A stretch of DNA of 64,000 nucleotides from positions 13,516,001 through 13,580,000 of the forward strand of contig NC_135898.1 in NCBI RefSeq assembly GCF_964194155.1, written 5' to 3'. This stretch comes from Cetorhinus maximus. Its lineage: Eukaryota. Position numbers and translations under genes: made by a program. A model generated the notes under the pieces. The model had not been told where the DNA came from. It searched no databases and saw nothing but the letters and a program-made list of their open reading frames with translations. Below, one piece after another: positions 24,001 to 37,880 of the stretch; the first letter of the stretch is position 1, and every line of letters starts with the position of its first letter.

Positions 24001-27000
24001 CTCCCTTGAGGTACAAAGTATTTATATTCTGAAGGCAGGCAAAGCAGAAATGCTCAGCAATTAGATGGGCAGGAAACAACCATTGTGTTCACAAGAAAAG
24101 GCTGTTCGGACAGCTGCTATTAACTCTCTGAGCACTGTATGGAACCTGCAGGACACTGTAAGCAACTTGGGGTAGGAGGGTGTCACTTCTCCACCGTTTC
24201 ATGTTTCTCTTGTAAATTTGTTCAGTGATCTGAACGTTCACATTGCCTTCAATGTCATAGAACTGGGACTCCCGTAGGTAGCTGTCAACAGACTGAAGAG
24301 TGCCTTTCTTTCCATTACACAGAGGACATCAACAAATTGTACTTGAGTACAGCCTTTAAGGTAATAAAATATTCCAAGGCTTTACAGAAACAAAATTTGA
24401 CACCAAGCCTTGTGACAAGTTGACCAAGATGCATAAAACAAATTGTGTGGCTTTCTGGCTTTTATAAATAGAGATGTAGATGCAAAAAGCAAAGAGGTAA
24501 TTTTTTAAAAATTCATTCATGGGATATGGGTGTCGCTGGCTAGGCCAGCATTTGTTGCCCATTTCTAATGGCCCTTAAGAAGATGGTGGTGAACTGCCCT
24601 CTTGAACCACTGCAATCCATGTGGTGTAGGTACTCCCACAGTTCTGTTAGGGAGGGAGGCCCAGGATTTTGATCTGGTGACAGTGAAGGAGCAATGATAT
24701 ATTTCCAAGTCAGGATAATGTGTGGCTTGGTGGGGAACTGGCTGGTGGTGGTGATCCCATGCATCTGCTACCCTAGTCCTTCCAGATGGCAGCAGTCATG
24801 GATTTAGAAGGTGCTGTCTTGGTGAGTTCCTGCTTTGCATCTTGTGGATGGTACACACTGCTGCCACTGTGCATCAATGATGGAAGGAGTGAATGTTTGT
24901 CGATGTGGTGCCAATCATTCGGGCTACTTTGTCCTGGATGGTGTCAAACTTCTTGAGTGCTGCTGGAGCTGCACTCATCCAGGAAAGTTGAGAATATTCC
25001 ATCACACTCCTGACTTGTGTCTTGTAGAGGGTAGACAGGCTCTGGGGAGTCAAGGGCTGAGTTACTCGCCGCAGGATTTCCAGCCTTTGATCTGCTCTTG
25101 GGACCACGATATTTGAATAGCTGGTCCAGTTCAGTTACTGGTCAATGGTAGCCCCCCAGGATGTTGATAGTGGGGGATTCAGTGATGGTAATTGCCACTG
25201 AATGTCAAGGGGCGATGGTTAGATTCTCTCTTGTTGAAGATGGTCATTGCCTGGCACATGTGTGGCGCGAATATTATTTGCCACTTGTCACCCCAAGCCT
25301 GAATATTGTCCAGGTCTTGCTGCATTTGGACATGGACTGCTTCAGTATCTGAGGAGTCACGAATGGTGCTGAATATTGTGCAATCATCAGCGAACATCCC
25401 CACTTCTGACCTTATGATAGATGGAAGATCATTGATGAAGCAGCTGAAGATGGTTGGGCCAAGGACACTACCCTGAGGAACTCCTGCAGTGATGTCCTGG
25501 AACTGAGACGATTGACCTCCAACAGCCACAACCATCTTCCTTTGTGCTAGGTATGACTCCAGTCAGTGGAGAGTTTTCCCCCTGATTCCCATTGACTGCA
25601 ATTTTGCTAGATGCTATACTCGGTCAAATGCTGTCTTGATATCTAGGGCAGTCACTCACACTTCACCTCTGGAGTTTGTTTTGTCTGAGTTTGAACCAAG
25701 GCTGTAATGAGGTCAGGAGCTGAGTGGCCCTGGCAGAGCCTAAACTGGGCGTCAATGAGCAGGTTGTTGCTAAGCAAGTGCTGCTTGAAAACACTGTTGA
25801 TGACCCCTTCCATTACTGAAGGGGTCGAGAGTAGACCAATGGGACGGTAATTTGCTGGGTTGGATTTGTCCTGCTTTTTGCGTACAGGATGTCCCTGGGC
25901 AATTTTCCACATTGATGGGTAGATGTCAGTGTTGTAGCTGCGCTGGAACAGCTTGGCTAGGGGCACGGCAAGTTTTGGAACACAAGTCTTCAGTACTATT
26001 GCCAGAATATCGTCAGGGCCCATAGCCTTTGCAGTATCCAGTGCCTTCAGTCATTTTTTGATATCACGTGGAGCGAATCGAGTTGGTTGAAGACTGGCAT
26101 CTGTGATGCTGGGGATCTCCAGAGGAGGCTGAGATGGACCACCCACTTGAAACTTCTGGCTGAATGCTTCAGCCTTACGATGGCTCCCCCATCATTGAGG
26201 ATGGGGATATTTGTGGGGCCTCCTCCTCCAGTGAGTTGTTTAATTGTCGTCCTCCATTCACTGGCAGACAGGTTGGTGAGGATGAGGTCAAGTATGTTTT
26301 TCCCTCTTGTTGATTTTCTCACCACCTGCCGCCGACCCAGTCTAGCAGCTATGTCATTTAGGACTCAGCCAGCTCGGTGAGTAGTGGTGCTACTAGTGAT
26401 GGACATTGAAATTCCACACCCAGAGTACATTCTGTGCCTTTGCCACCCTCAGTGCTTCCTCCAAGTGGTGTTCAACATGGAGAAGTACTGTTTCATCAGC
26501 TGAGGAGGGAGCGGTAGGTGGCAATCAGCAGGAGGTTTCTTTTCCTATATTTAACCTGATGCTATGACATGTCAATATAAATTATAAGCTTTCAGCCCCA
26601 CGGCTCAGAGGTAGCAGTCTCACCTCTAGGTGAAAGCTTATGCTTTCCAGAAACATGCTTTAGAAAGGCGACCACAAAATCTTGGCTGATATTTTCGTGT
26701 GGTACTGAGAGACTGCTGCAGGGTCAGAAGTGCCGGCTTCTGGACAAGATGTTAAACTGACGCCCCATCTGCCCTCTTGGATAGATGTGAACGTTCCCAT
26801 GGCACTATCTCAAAGAACAGCAGTGGTCTTCATCCCAGTGTCCTGGTCAATATGTATACCCCAACAGACATCACTAAGGCTATTTATCTGGTCATTTATC
26901 TCATTGTCATTTTGGGAGCTTGCTGTCTGCAATTTGGCTGCCACGTTTTCTACATTACAACAGATAGTACACTAAGTTGGCTGTATAACACATGAAAGGC

Positions 27001-30000
27001 AATATATATTCTTTAAGCCACAATTAGAATTTTAGATTGGAGGGGCAGGTAGTAGCATTGTCCTTGAAAAATTAATGGAGAGAAAATCACACACTGCAGT
27101 GCACAATGTCTTAATATGGACACTTTGTTTTTAGGAAAGATGTCACAAAGATGTTGAGTGAGTCCCAAAGTCATTCCTTAATATGTGACACCAGGGATGG
27201 GATAATTTTAAGTATGAGGGGAGATTACAAAATCTGTAATTCAGAGAAGCTCTGATCAAGGTGCTCAATATTATGAGGGGTCTTAACCGGTCAGTTAATT
27301 GGTAACTCGAGGACGTAGATTTGCCCATTACGAGAAGGAAAAATGGAAAAGTTAAGAGAACTGTTTTTTAACACAGAAGATTGTTAGAGCATGGAATTTC
27401 CAACCAGAAAATGTGGTGGAAGCACAATCCATAATGGCTTTGAAAAGAAATTGGATAAATATTCGTCAAGGAGAAATTGAGAAGGGTTTGGGGATGGAGT
27501 AGGGAAATGGAGCAGAGTGGAGAGTTGTTTCAGAGAGTCAGATATGATGAGCTGAATGATCTCCTGTGGTGTAAAACTCCATCAATCACTGCACAGTCAA
27601 CAACAAATTGCATTTATGTAGTGCCTTTAATAGAGCAAAACCTTCCAAGGCACTTCCCATAAGGAGTTATTAGGACAGATAACCAAAAGCTTGGTCAAAG
27701 AGGTAGGTTTTAAGGGGGGCGCTCAAAGGAGGAGAGAGCAGCAGTAGGACAGAGAGCTTTCAGAAGAGAATTCCAGCCCTTAGAACCTAGACAGCTGAAG
27801 GCACAGCTGCCAATGGTAGGGTGATTAAAATTGGGGGTGCACAAGAGGCCGATATTTGAAGAGCACAGAGATCTCAAAGGCAGCTAGGGCAGCAAGAGGC
27901 TACGGAGTTCGAGAGATTTTAACTCAATGTCTTTAACATCCTCTTTGAGTGATGAATCCAAAACTGGACTTGGTTTTGGTAGCAATATCAAGCAGCTTAT
28001 ATCTTGTACCTTATGAAATAAAAAAGGAATAGGCTCAGGTCCAGCACTGAAAAAAAGCACTCTGATTGTTCCAAGACAGGCACTGGATCAGTCTGTGATC
28101 AGCAGCAATTGATAGAATCTTACCAATTACTGTTCTGAAGGTTGCTGTTCTGCACAGTGTTGCTAATCCTGGTACAGCAGAATGCCATCACTACCTGGCC
28201 CTTGCAAGTAAACAGTTGCCTCTGAATCTGATTCTTTTCTTGGATTATTGTGCTTCCTGTGTCTAGCCTGGGAATTTGATGTACGGGCCTGTCAAGGTGC
28301 CGGAAACTTAGAACACATCCTGCAAATTAAAGTCAACTTCCTGAGATGAACAATCGGGCTAAAGGCAGCAAGCTGCTATCAAATTTTGAGGGCTATTTTG
28401 AGCTCTCTTGGCAGAAGGTACGGCTTGCTACTGTTGGGAATGGATTTAACCTCACACTTAACTCTCTTCACATAGCCACAGCATTTAAAAGCTGGGTTTG
28501 TATAACATCACGTTCACACCTGAAAACATTGAACCAGGATAAGATCTCTCCATGTGTTTGCGGATACTTAGATTTTCCACTTAGTTGAAGTTCCCTGGTT
28601 GGAACGCTGTTCATGCCCTCAGAATGAAGGCGGGCTGATTCTGCTGCATATTCCAGAGTTAGCTTAATTTTAATTGTCCCTGTGATCTCCTCAGTAGTAC
28701 CATTGCTGGTTGGGTGTGGGAACTTGCTTGTTGCTGCTGGATTTCAAGGCCTGCAGCAGCTTAATGGGCCAGCATAACAACAGTTCTTAAGTTAAACTGT
28801 TCCTCAAAGAATGACAGTGAAGTTTGCAAGAGGACAGAGACCACTCACTGCCTGGTTCAGACAAAGCACTCCAAGTGCTTCTCCAGAATGTCAACAATGA
28901 CACATTTACAGGGCTATGTGGAAAGAGCAGGGGAGTGGAACTAATTGGTAGTTTCCTTGAGAGAGCTGACACAGGCATGATGGACCAAATGGCCTCCTTC
29001 CGTGTAGTATGATTCTATGGAGGCTGCACTATTTGGAATTTTTAAATTTGTTCCTAGGATGTGAGCTTCGCTGATATGGCCAGTATTTGTTGCCCATCCC
29101 TAATTGCCCTTGAGCAGGTGGTAAATCATCACCTTGAACCTGCACTGTCTTTGGAGAGGGGATTCCAGGATTTTGACCCAGCGACAGAGAAGGAACAGCA
29201 ATATATTTCCAAGTGAGGATGGTATGTGACTTGGAGGGGAACTTTCAGATCGTGGTGTTCCCATGCATCTGCTGCCCTTGTTCATCTAGGTGATAGAGGT
29301 CGTTAGTATGGAAGGTGTTGTTGAAGGAGCCTTGGTGAGTTGCTGCAGTGCATCTTGTGGATGTTACACACAGTTGTCACTGTGCGTCAGTGGTGGATGG
29401 AGTAAATGTTTAAGGTGTTGGCTGGGGTCACGATCAAGCGAGCTGCTTTGTCCTGGATGGTGTCAAGCTTCTTGAGTGTTGCTGGAGCTGCACTCATCCA
29501 GGCAAGTAGAAAGTATTCCATCACATTCCTGACTTGTGCCTTGTAGATGGTGGACAGGCTTTGGGGAGTCAGGAGGTGAGTTACTCACCATAGAATTCTC
29601 AGTCTCTGACCTGCTGTTGTGGTCACAGTGTTTATATGGCTGGACCAGTTAAGTTCCTGGTCAATGGTAACCCTAGAATATTGATAGTGGGGGTTTCAGC
29701 AATGGTAATGCCATTGAATGTCAAGGTGATGGTTAGTTTCTGTCTTGTTGGAATTGGTCATTGCCTGGCACTTAAGTGGCATGAATGTCACCTCTTATCA
29801 GTCCAAAGCTGCATGTTGTCCAGTTGCTGCTGCACGCAGGGACAAACTGCTTCAGTATCTTCGGAGTTGCGAGGGTAGAACGTTGTGCAATCATCAGCGA
29901 ACATCCCCACTTCTGACTTTGTTGGAGAAAAGGTCATTGATGAAGTAGCTGAAGATGGTTGGGCCGAGGACACTGTCCTGCGGAATCCTTGCAACTATGT

Positions 30001-33000
30001 CCTGGGGCTAAGATGAATGGCATCCAACAACCACAACCATCATCCTTTGTGCTAGGCATGACTCCAACCAGTGGAGAGTTTTCCCCCGATTCCTATTGAG
30101 TTCAGTTTTGCTCGGGTTGGTGAATATAGACCCCGAAGGCAGCAGCAGTGAGCTGGAAAGTACGTGCAAGTACAACCACAAGTTCAATGATCCTACTGGG
30201 GAGATAAGGGGAATCAGCAGCACATTGCAGGATTGCACTGCACTTAGCATGACAGCTACTTATAAAGATCTCCCTGGTTTAGTGTTCCAATGAGTGAATT
30301 GCTTACTACAAGGATGACTAATGTAATGTTTTGATGAATGCTCAGCCCCATTTTCAATGCACTCAATGGCATTTCTCCCCAGAATCAGAAAAGCATCCTC
30401 CTCATAGTCATGAACAGGTCTCAAGTTTAGAGGCCCAGTACCAACTCTGTGTACCCTTCTCTCAAAGACCAGCAACTTCCACCTCTGTAACATTGCCGAC
30501 CTCAGTTCTTCTGCTGCTGAAATCCTAATCCATACTCTTGTTACCTCCAGACTCAACCATTACATCTTCCAATTCCCAACCCTCTGTCTACTTCAGCTCA
30601 ACCAAAATAATGCTACCCATACCCAATCCTGCACTAAGTTCTAATCACTGATTAGCCCTATGTCCACTGACTGACATTGGTTCCTGGTACCTGAAAACCT
30701 CAGATTTTAAATTCTTATCTTCTTGGCCAAATCCTATCACGGTCTTCCCCCTCCACATCTCTATAACCTTTTCCTGCCTTTCACCCATCCCCACACTCGC
30801 AATTTTTGTGACCTGAGCCTCTTGTCCATCATCTCCTCCGTCCATCCCTACCATTAGTGACTGTGGCTTCAGCCATCCAAGGGCTCACTTTGGAAGTTCC
30901 TCTCTCAACCTCCCTGCCTCTTCATCTCCCTCCTCCTTTGAGACCCTTCCTAAATCTCAGCAATTTGAACATGCTTTTGGTCATCCCTCATAACATCTCG
31001 TTCTTCATCTCCAGGTTTATTTATTTTCTGGTTACTCTTCTGTGAACAGCATTGGTTATTTTTCTAAATTAGAGGTCTGGCAAATTTGAGTTGTTTTTGT
31101 TATTGCCAATCCCTCCTGGCTGTTGCGAGCAGTGTTCTCCTTTAACAAGAATACAAAATGTGAAAATTACCTTGGGTACCATGAGGTGCCGTAAATTAGT
31201 AGGCAGGTTATAATACTGGGATAATAAATGAATTCAACAAGAAATTCGATTCCTTAGGAGGCTTTTAATAGGGTATTTGCTTGTGAGTGAAGGCACTGTG
31301 CTGCCTTCTGAGCATTGATTGAAGCACATCAGTTTGAGAGAGGTCATTGTGAGCAGCAAACCCATTTAGTACAGTACGTTCTTTGGTGTGACTGACTGCT
31401 GAGATTCCTTGCCCTGCTAAAGGGCTGCTCTAAGTGCCAATGTACAGGATAACCAGTTTAGCATTGAATTTGCTGGCCCCCTGATCTGCTTTCTTTGGGC
31501 CCTCCATCCCTCCACCCCAAACAGTACATTCTGCGTGTCCTCTACCTCCCACAGCTCTTCCACATTGGAATCAGCAAGCCCGGTGACCCTGTCCTCTGCA
31601 AACCATTCTGTCCTGCCACCAAACAAAGTTCAGTGCTGTGGCTTTGTTTAAGCTGCTGTGTGTTTTTAAGCTGTTGGTTCCCACTCCACCAAAATGGACA
31701 AGTCCCAGTCAGAGGTGTGGAGGATGCAGGATTCTGGGTTTCAGATTTTTCACGTGGTTTCAGTACTTTTGCTGCTTTTCTCAAACTCCATAAACACTTC
31801 CTTATATTGCTGAGTTTTCATATGCAGCTCATTAGCACAAAAATGTCACGGTACAAATTGCATTAAACTGGAGAACTGAGTAATGGAATTTGTTGTGGAG
31901 CAGATGCAAATACGTGAATGCATAAATATTTATGTTCATCACAAATAGACATAGAATTTAGCCACATGTGTGTGTCAGTCCATGGCCGTAACTCTTGTTA
32001 CATGATCTGTATAAAGATACAATGGCAGTGGGTGTTGGGGCCCCCCCAGAATTTGGACCTAATTCTCAAGGCCGCAGCAGTTTAGATTCCAGCCAATGTT
32101 CAGATGTGATCGCTCCACCACCATGCTCAGTGCTGGGAGTGTCCAGTTGCTGACTGGCCTTTTGGAGCAGTGAAGTAATGTTGACTGCCAAGTTTGCCAT
32201 GCTGTTGAAAAAAAAGTATGGTTTTCATTTCCTGTGACTAACCATCTGCCTGTTTCCTTTCAGTAAACTGCGACACCAAGCACAGAATGAGAGATATGGA
32301 TACAAAGAGGTAAAAAAAAAAGAACTAACTCAAAACTAGCTTTAGGCAGGCTTCAAACCTTAACCAACTTCACTGGTTAGATTAAAGCTCCACTGCCCCT
32401 GAGCCACACGTCCAGCTCAGACTTTGCAACCACAAGGAGGGTTTCCCTCCATACTATCCAGCATGCAGAATCAAGGAAAAGAAAGAGGGAGGAAGCCGAA
32501 AATTACACCCCTTTTTTTTTAACCAGCAGCAACCACTGTCACGTGGCGGGGGTCTGGAGCTCAGGACTCCTCTGTTCGGCAGCACTGCTGATGATAGTGA
32601 AGGACAGAAAGGAAGAGCGGGTAGGGAGACTGTGTCAATGAGAGCCTTGCAGCGTCAGCAGCGAAGCCTGCATTTTCTCCATTTTAAAATCAGTTTATAT
32701 GCTCTCTGGCCCTCTTCCAAATTACTTCCGTTCCCCAGGGCTTGTAGCCCTTTTGTTGGCCACCCAGTTGTCAGCCAGTCCCTCCAAGCTGCTGCAGCAG
32801 CCGAGTATTTCCCTCCCCCGCCCCCCCACCACTGCGAAAGTGGATCTAGCTCGCACCACGCCACTTCATTGACCTGAACTCAGCCAGGCTGATCTACCCT
32901 AAAAGCTAGGAACTGGAGTAGGCAATATGATCCCTCGAGCCTGCTCTGCCACTTGGTGAAATCGTGGCTGATCTTCTACCTCAACTCCACTTTCCTGCCC

Positions 33001-35067
33001 AATTACCTTTGTTCCTTACTGTCCAAAAATTTATCAGTTACTCAGTCTTGAGTATACTCAATGACTGAGCATCGACAACCCTCTGTGGTAGAAAATTCCC
33101 AAGTTTCACAATCCTCCGACTGAAGAAATTTCTCCTCCATCTAGGTCTTAAATGGCCAACCCCTCATCCTGAGACTCTGCTTCCTCGTTCCTTACCCTCT
33201 AGCCAGGAGAAACATCTACCCTGTCAAGCCCTCCAAATATTTTTTTTAGTGTTTCAATGAAATCGTCTCTCATTTTTTTCGGAACTCCAGCGAATAAAGG
33301 CCCATTTACTCACTCCGTCCTCATAGGACAACTGCCCCGCCCCCCTGCCCCAGCCCCGCACAATTTCTCTGGATCAATCTAGTGAACCTTCATTGCACCA
33401 TCTCTCAGGCAAGTTGATCTTTTCTTCGGTAAGGGGACTAAAACTATACTCCAATAATGAATTCAGAACAGGAGGAAGTCCCTCTCTGATTCTTCTCTGG
33501 CAGTATTGATGCCCTTGAGGAAACCCCTCTGTACCCATGGAAAGTTTTGGAAACAGTAGCTGCACAGAGGGGGCCAGAAAGAAGATCATCTCCCAGAAAA
33601 GGCATCTGTAGCCCAACGGGGATGCCTGGCTATGAGCCCTCCTCATTTCTGAGGCTGTGTGGATTTCTGATGTCTGTTCTCTGCAGCACGTGCGGAGCTG
33701 TAGGCTGGTATCTGGGTTGTCATTCTCACTGTGAATGTGCTTCTTTCACTGTCTCCTCAGGTTATAACAAGGGGAGATGCTAAAAAGCTGAACTTACATG
33801 GGGTAAGTCACGATTTTACTGCTTTTTTTATTGGAGAGTTGCATGATCTGTCACAGTTTGCTGCATTAAAATGAAGTAAGATGTTTATCTTGAAGAATTC
33901 TGTCAAGTTTGGATGACCGAAGGGCACCCTTTTGAAAGTGGCTATTTCAATCCAATACATACAAAATGAAATGAAAAACCTCCATTTTTGTTTATTCCAC
34001 AGCAGACATGTGCTGTTTGCTTAGAGGATTTCAAGATTAAAGAGGAGCTGGGACTGTTACCATGTCAACACGCCTTTCACAGGAAGTGAGTAACCTTTGA
34101 GTCAAACAGTTGTTGTGTTTTGCTCCAGTGCAACATTGTGCTGAGCTTTATGCCCCACACAGGCCACAGTAACTGCACAGAGCTGGAAACCAGCTGGAAC
34201 AGCAATTCATTGCAGTCAAGAAAGAGCAATGACGTGGAAAATTTGCAGCAAATTCCTCTGACACACCACCTACAGAAGCAATTAATCTGACTAAAGTCTG
34301 ATCAATGCAGTAAATTTCAGACCAGGGTCAATGTTTGTACTGACAACTGAATTGCTGCTTATGGAAGTACACCTGAAGTGTCTTGTTCTATCCAGTGACG
34401 CAGTGTCTGCACTCTATTTCCATTTATTTTATGTTGTACTGCTTGTACTCAGTATTTCACTCTGTCAGATGTCACAATGTTCGTGCTGTCTTTCTCAGTA
34501 CAGTGTTGCGCTACCTGGACTGTTCTTTCTGTACAGTGCCACACTTCCAAACACAGTGTCTTGTTTAATACAACACTGTACTGCCTGTACACTGTGTCGT
34601 ATTCTGTACAAAGTTCCCTATGTTAAAGCAGTTACTACATTTCAAAAGTAATTGACTGTAAAGCATTTTGAAAGGTCCAGAGCTCATAAAAGGCGTGATA
34701 CAAACACAGGTTTTTTTTCTTGAACCCAGTATTTCACTTGACTGTGTCAAACTGCTGAAATACAGTGCTTCACTGTACAGTGTTTTAACTTCATATTTCC
34801 CTCTGTACAATATTACACTGCCTCTACATCATGTTTTACTCTGTACAGTCACACTGCCTGTAAACTGTGTTTCACTCTGGATGATGGCACACAGCTTGCA
34901 CACATTGACTGTACTGGCGGTACTTGGTTTCTGATTCTTTTGTGTTCTCTAGGTGCTTGGTGAAGTGGCTGGAAATTCGCTGTGTCTGTCCGATGTGTAA
35001 CAAACCTATTGCTGGAGCACCAGAGCAGCAACAAGCAATTGGCACACTCCTGGATGAACTTGTTTGA
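20624..35067 (+). CDS. RNF122: RING finger protein 122 (155 aa; TM segment plus RING-H2 E3 ligase)
   Basis: Exons 20624-20648, 23405-23561, 32264-32309, 33761-33802, 34003-34085 and 34953-35067 total 468 nt, all GT-AG. Translation [129 protein letters not shown]. Confidence 0.97.
21430..22250 (-). mobile_element. Decayed CR1 LINE fragment in RNF122 intron 1
   Basis: [33 protein letters not shown] and RVVRMWN peptides. Confidence 0.7.
24505..26560 (-). mobile_element. CR1/L2-group non-LTR retrotransposon, internally deleted (endonuclease remnant, RT, 3' tail)
   Basis: [28 protein letters not shown] and [26 protein letters not shown] motifs; family tail at ~24510. Confidence 0.85.
26600..26995 (+). 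mobile_element. Decayed tRNA-derived SINE
   Basis: GGCTCAGAGGTAGCAGTCTCACCTCT head; body and tail resemble the reverse copy at ~55900-56215. Confidence 0.5.
29040..30110 (-). mobile_element. Second decayed copy of the 24505-26560 LINE family
   Basis: [11 protein letters not shown] peptide and colinear nucleotide similarity. Confidence 0.75.
30470..31080 (+). mobile_element. Decayed L2-like 3' fragment
   Basis: CT-rich and similar to 37440-37825 (GCTGCTGAAA..CATCCA..GTTACCTCCAGACT motif). Confidence 0.5.
32900..33460 (-). mobile_element. Decayed CR1 3' fragment in RNF122 intron 3
   Basis: Similar to 41401-41900 (tail, AAGAAATTTCTCCTC block). Confidence 0.6.
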
Positions 35068-36492
35068 TACGTGTTCAAATTGACATGGACAGCAGCAGCT
35101 CGGAATAGCCAAGAATCGGGAGTTTTCTATTTTCTTTTGAACTTTGATTGACTTTTGATTGGAACCATAGAGTGTGTGAGAGGATCTGAGCCATGCCACA
35201 CTGCTGCACTGCAGTGGCAATGGGAATTACTGGGAAGTCTCCTCTCTAACAGCCTTTCCAACACATCTGGTGAGGAATAGAACAACTTTCAGCCTTAGTT
35301 TCTGACTGAGCCCTTTAATGCTCAACAGAAGCCTACTTGGTGAGTCAGTACATTGCTGAGGCACACAAACCAGGCAGTTTGATCCCTAATTTGTGCTGAG
35401 TTGGCTGATCTCAACTGGTGCAATACTTGGTGCTGCAATTTGGCAGTGCCATGGGTTAGAGAGAGTTCCCATTCTGATCGCTACTCAGTCATCCTCAGAG
35501 AACTGTGTGACAGTGTGGACGAGCTCAGCAGTGATGCCCTCCACAGATAGATATGTTACCAAGTCTGACTCACCTTCCAAGTGGAGATTGCCGTCTGCAT
35601 GAGGCATAAGTGAGCTCACAGCAGCCGTGGAATTAAATCACAGTGAGAATAATTTTTCAGACGGGAAACAATTGGTGAGAAGTTAAAGTGCTGAACAGTA
35701 CTTAAACAAACAGAAATCAATATGGTTATTCATACAGACTGCACAAGGAACACGCTGTGATGTACACAGTGGAGGGACCAGACTGTGCTTCATGCACCTT
35801 GGCATATACATGCTGATTCATCCATATAACTGTGTATAGGTTGGAGGAATCATACCAAACTCACATTCACCTGACCTATTCCCATGCCAGTCAAGTGCAG
35901 ACTCTGTAAGTGGATCTGTGCTATTCTCATAGTGATATCCAGTACCACCATCTGAATATCACAGGTTCTCATATCTGTGGTGAGTCAGAGGAAAATCTAT
36001 TTCCTATCACTCACTCAATATGACTATCTGTATGCCTGGCTGTTGTGGGGAGGTGGGGATGGTTATTGCAAATTTGTGCCGAGAATTATCAGTGAGGAAT
36101 AAACCAACTGCCACACTCAAGTCAAGCTATATCTCCCTGCTTGCTTCTGATAAATGACATATCTCCCTCAAAGTGACATTAAATTAAAGGTTTCATTCAA
36201 AGATTCTGTGAGGACAGCTGTGTTGGGGAATGGAAGTGTTACACTGATGTGGCTGAAAGTGCTCCTCTGAGCTCAGGATTAGTACATGTTGTTAGAATAG
36301 AACAGAGAGAGAGCTTCACTCTGCAGATAGCTGCAACATGGGACTTTGTGATGCGTTCTCTGATAATCGTGCTGTATATTGCGCGCCTTTTGTTATTTAC
36401 TGGGCACGACTGTTTTTGTACATAATTTAAATAAGTGCTTTGAATCTGTTCCTTCTTTTATGAAGGGTTTTCTTTTAATGTAAAATACTTTT

Positions 36493-36498
36493 AATAAA
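36493..36498 (+). promoter_or_regulatory. Candidate RNF122 polyadenylation signal
   Basis: AATAAA in a U-rich context followed by GT-rich sequence, ~1.4 kb after the stop codon. Confidence 0.55.
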
Positions 36499-37169
36499 TA
36501 TATGCCTCCAGTGTATTTTGATGCTCTTGTGTGGTTTTTTGCACTAAACTGTACAGTAAGTCACTGGAGATCAGATAAACAGTCTGAGGCAGAAGAAGCC
36601 ATGGGTTCACACATCAAAAGATGATTATTTGAGTAAAATACCAGATCATGCTGGTGTCACTGTATCCTGGAAAAAAGCCAGTATCAGGACATGATGATGT
36701 GTTCTCCTGGCAGATGAATGTTCAGCAAGGAGACCAACTGTTTATTGTCTAGGTTCGTGTCATCTAATATGTGACGTTAAACCAAATCTTTACTTGCAGA
36801 TCCGAATGCAAATATTACATATAAAGTCACTGTGAGAAGGGTGGGTAAAGGCACTGGCTATTCTCGCTTATCCTATAGGGACCTGATTCTGTTCTCCTCA
36901 AATGTTGAGATTGCTTGATGACAGACCTGTCCAAATAGATCTGTCCCGGGTTGTTTATTTCTCAAGCCAGAGAGGAGACGACTACAGAAAATAAGGATTT
37001 GAGTTGTTCAATTGACGCTGTTCTTGTCACTTCCCTAGACTGGAAATATGCTTGTTTACTGTAACTATTACTCAGTAACTGTGAGAAGGACTTTATAAAA
37101 CAATAAGGCACACTCCTGACTATATTTGCAGTTAATTTTATCACAGAACCATAGTGCAATATCACCACA

Positions 37170-37825
37170 CGAGGGAGCCCTCTGCCATTCCTCTGTTTCA
37201 GATTGCTTGCCTGACATCCAATTCTGGATGTGTTGCAATTTCCTCCAGTTGGACAGCGGGAAGACCAAAACCACTGTCTTTGGCCTGAAAACAAACTGCA
37301 TTCCCACATAAACTGTTCTCCTCCCTGGCTTCTATCTCTGGCTGAACTATTGCATTCACAACTTCTATGTCCAATGTGACCCTAAGCTGAGCTGAGCTTA
37401 TGTCCACATATCCTCTCCACCACGAAGCTGCCTCCCACCGCAAGAACTTCAGCCATTATCTCAATTTCAGCCTATCTGCTGCTGAAAACTACATCCAAGC
37501 TTTCGCTTCCTGCAACTTTGACCATTCCAATACTTCATTGACTGGCCTCCCACCTTCCATCCCGCGTAAACTTGAACTCATCCATAACTCTGCTGCCCGT
37601 ATCCTAACTCGCACTAAGTCCCATTTACCCACCTTCCATGTGCTCACTGGCCTATGTTAACTCACAGTTCACCAAACAGTTCAAATTTGAAATCCTCATC
37701 CTCATTCCAATTTTGCCTCCCCCACCATGGTCTCACCCCTCACTATTTCCTTAACCTTCTGCAGCCCTACAACTCTCTGAGAACTCTGCATTCCTCAAAC
37801 TGTGGCCTGTTGTGTGTCCCACATT
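37170..37825 (+). mobile_element. L2-like LINE 3' fragment (appears to continue at ~40100-40290)
   Basis: SDCLPDIQFWMCCNFLQLDSGKT and AAENYIQAFASCNFDHSN..KLELIHNSAARILTRTK are typical L2 ORF2 C-terminal peptides. Confidence 0.7.
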
Positions 37826-37880
37826 CTTTTTACAAAAGTATACTTTATCCATAAAATGTATAAAGATACATACATGACAT

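Noticed and set aside
34390-34920. Cys/Leu-rich ORFs in RNF122 intron 5
   Set aside because: Degenerate CTGTACAGTG-type low-complexity repeats with no protein signature; a similar decayed repeat lies at 49760-49990.
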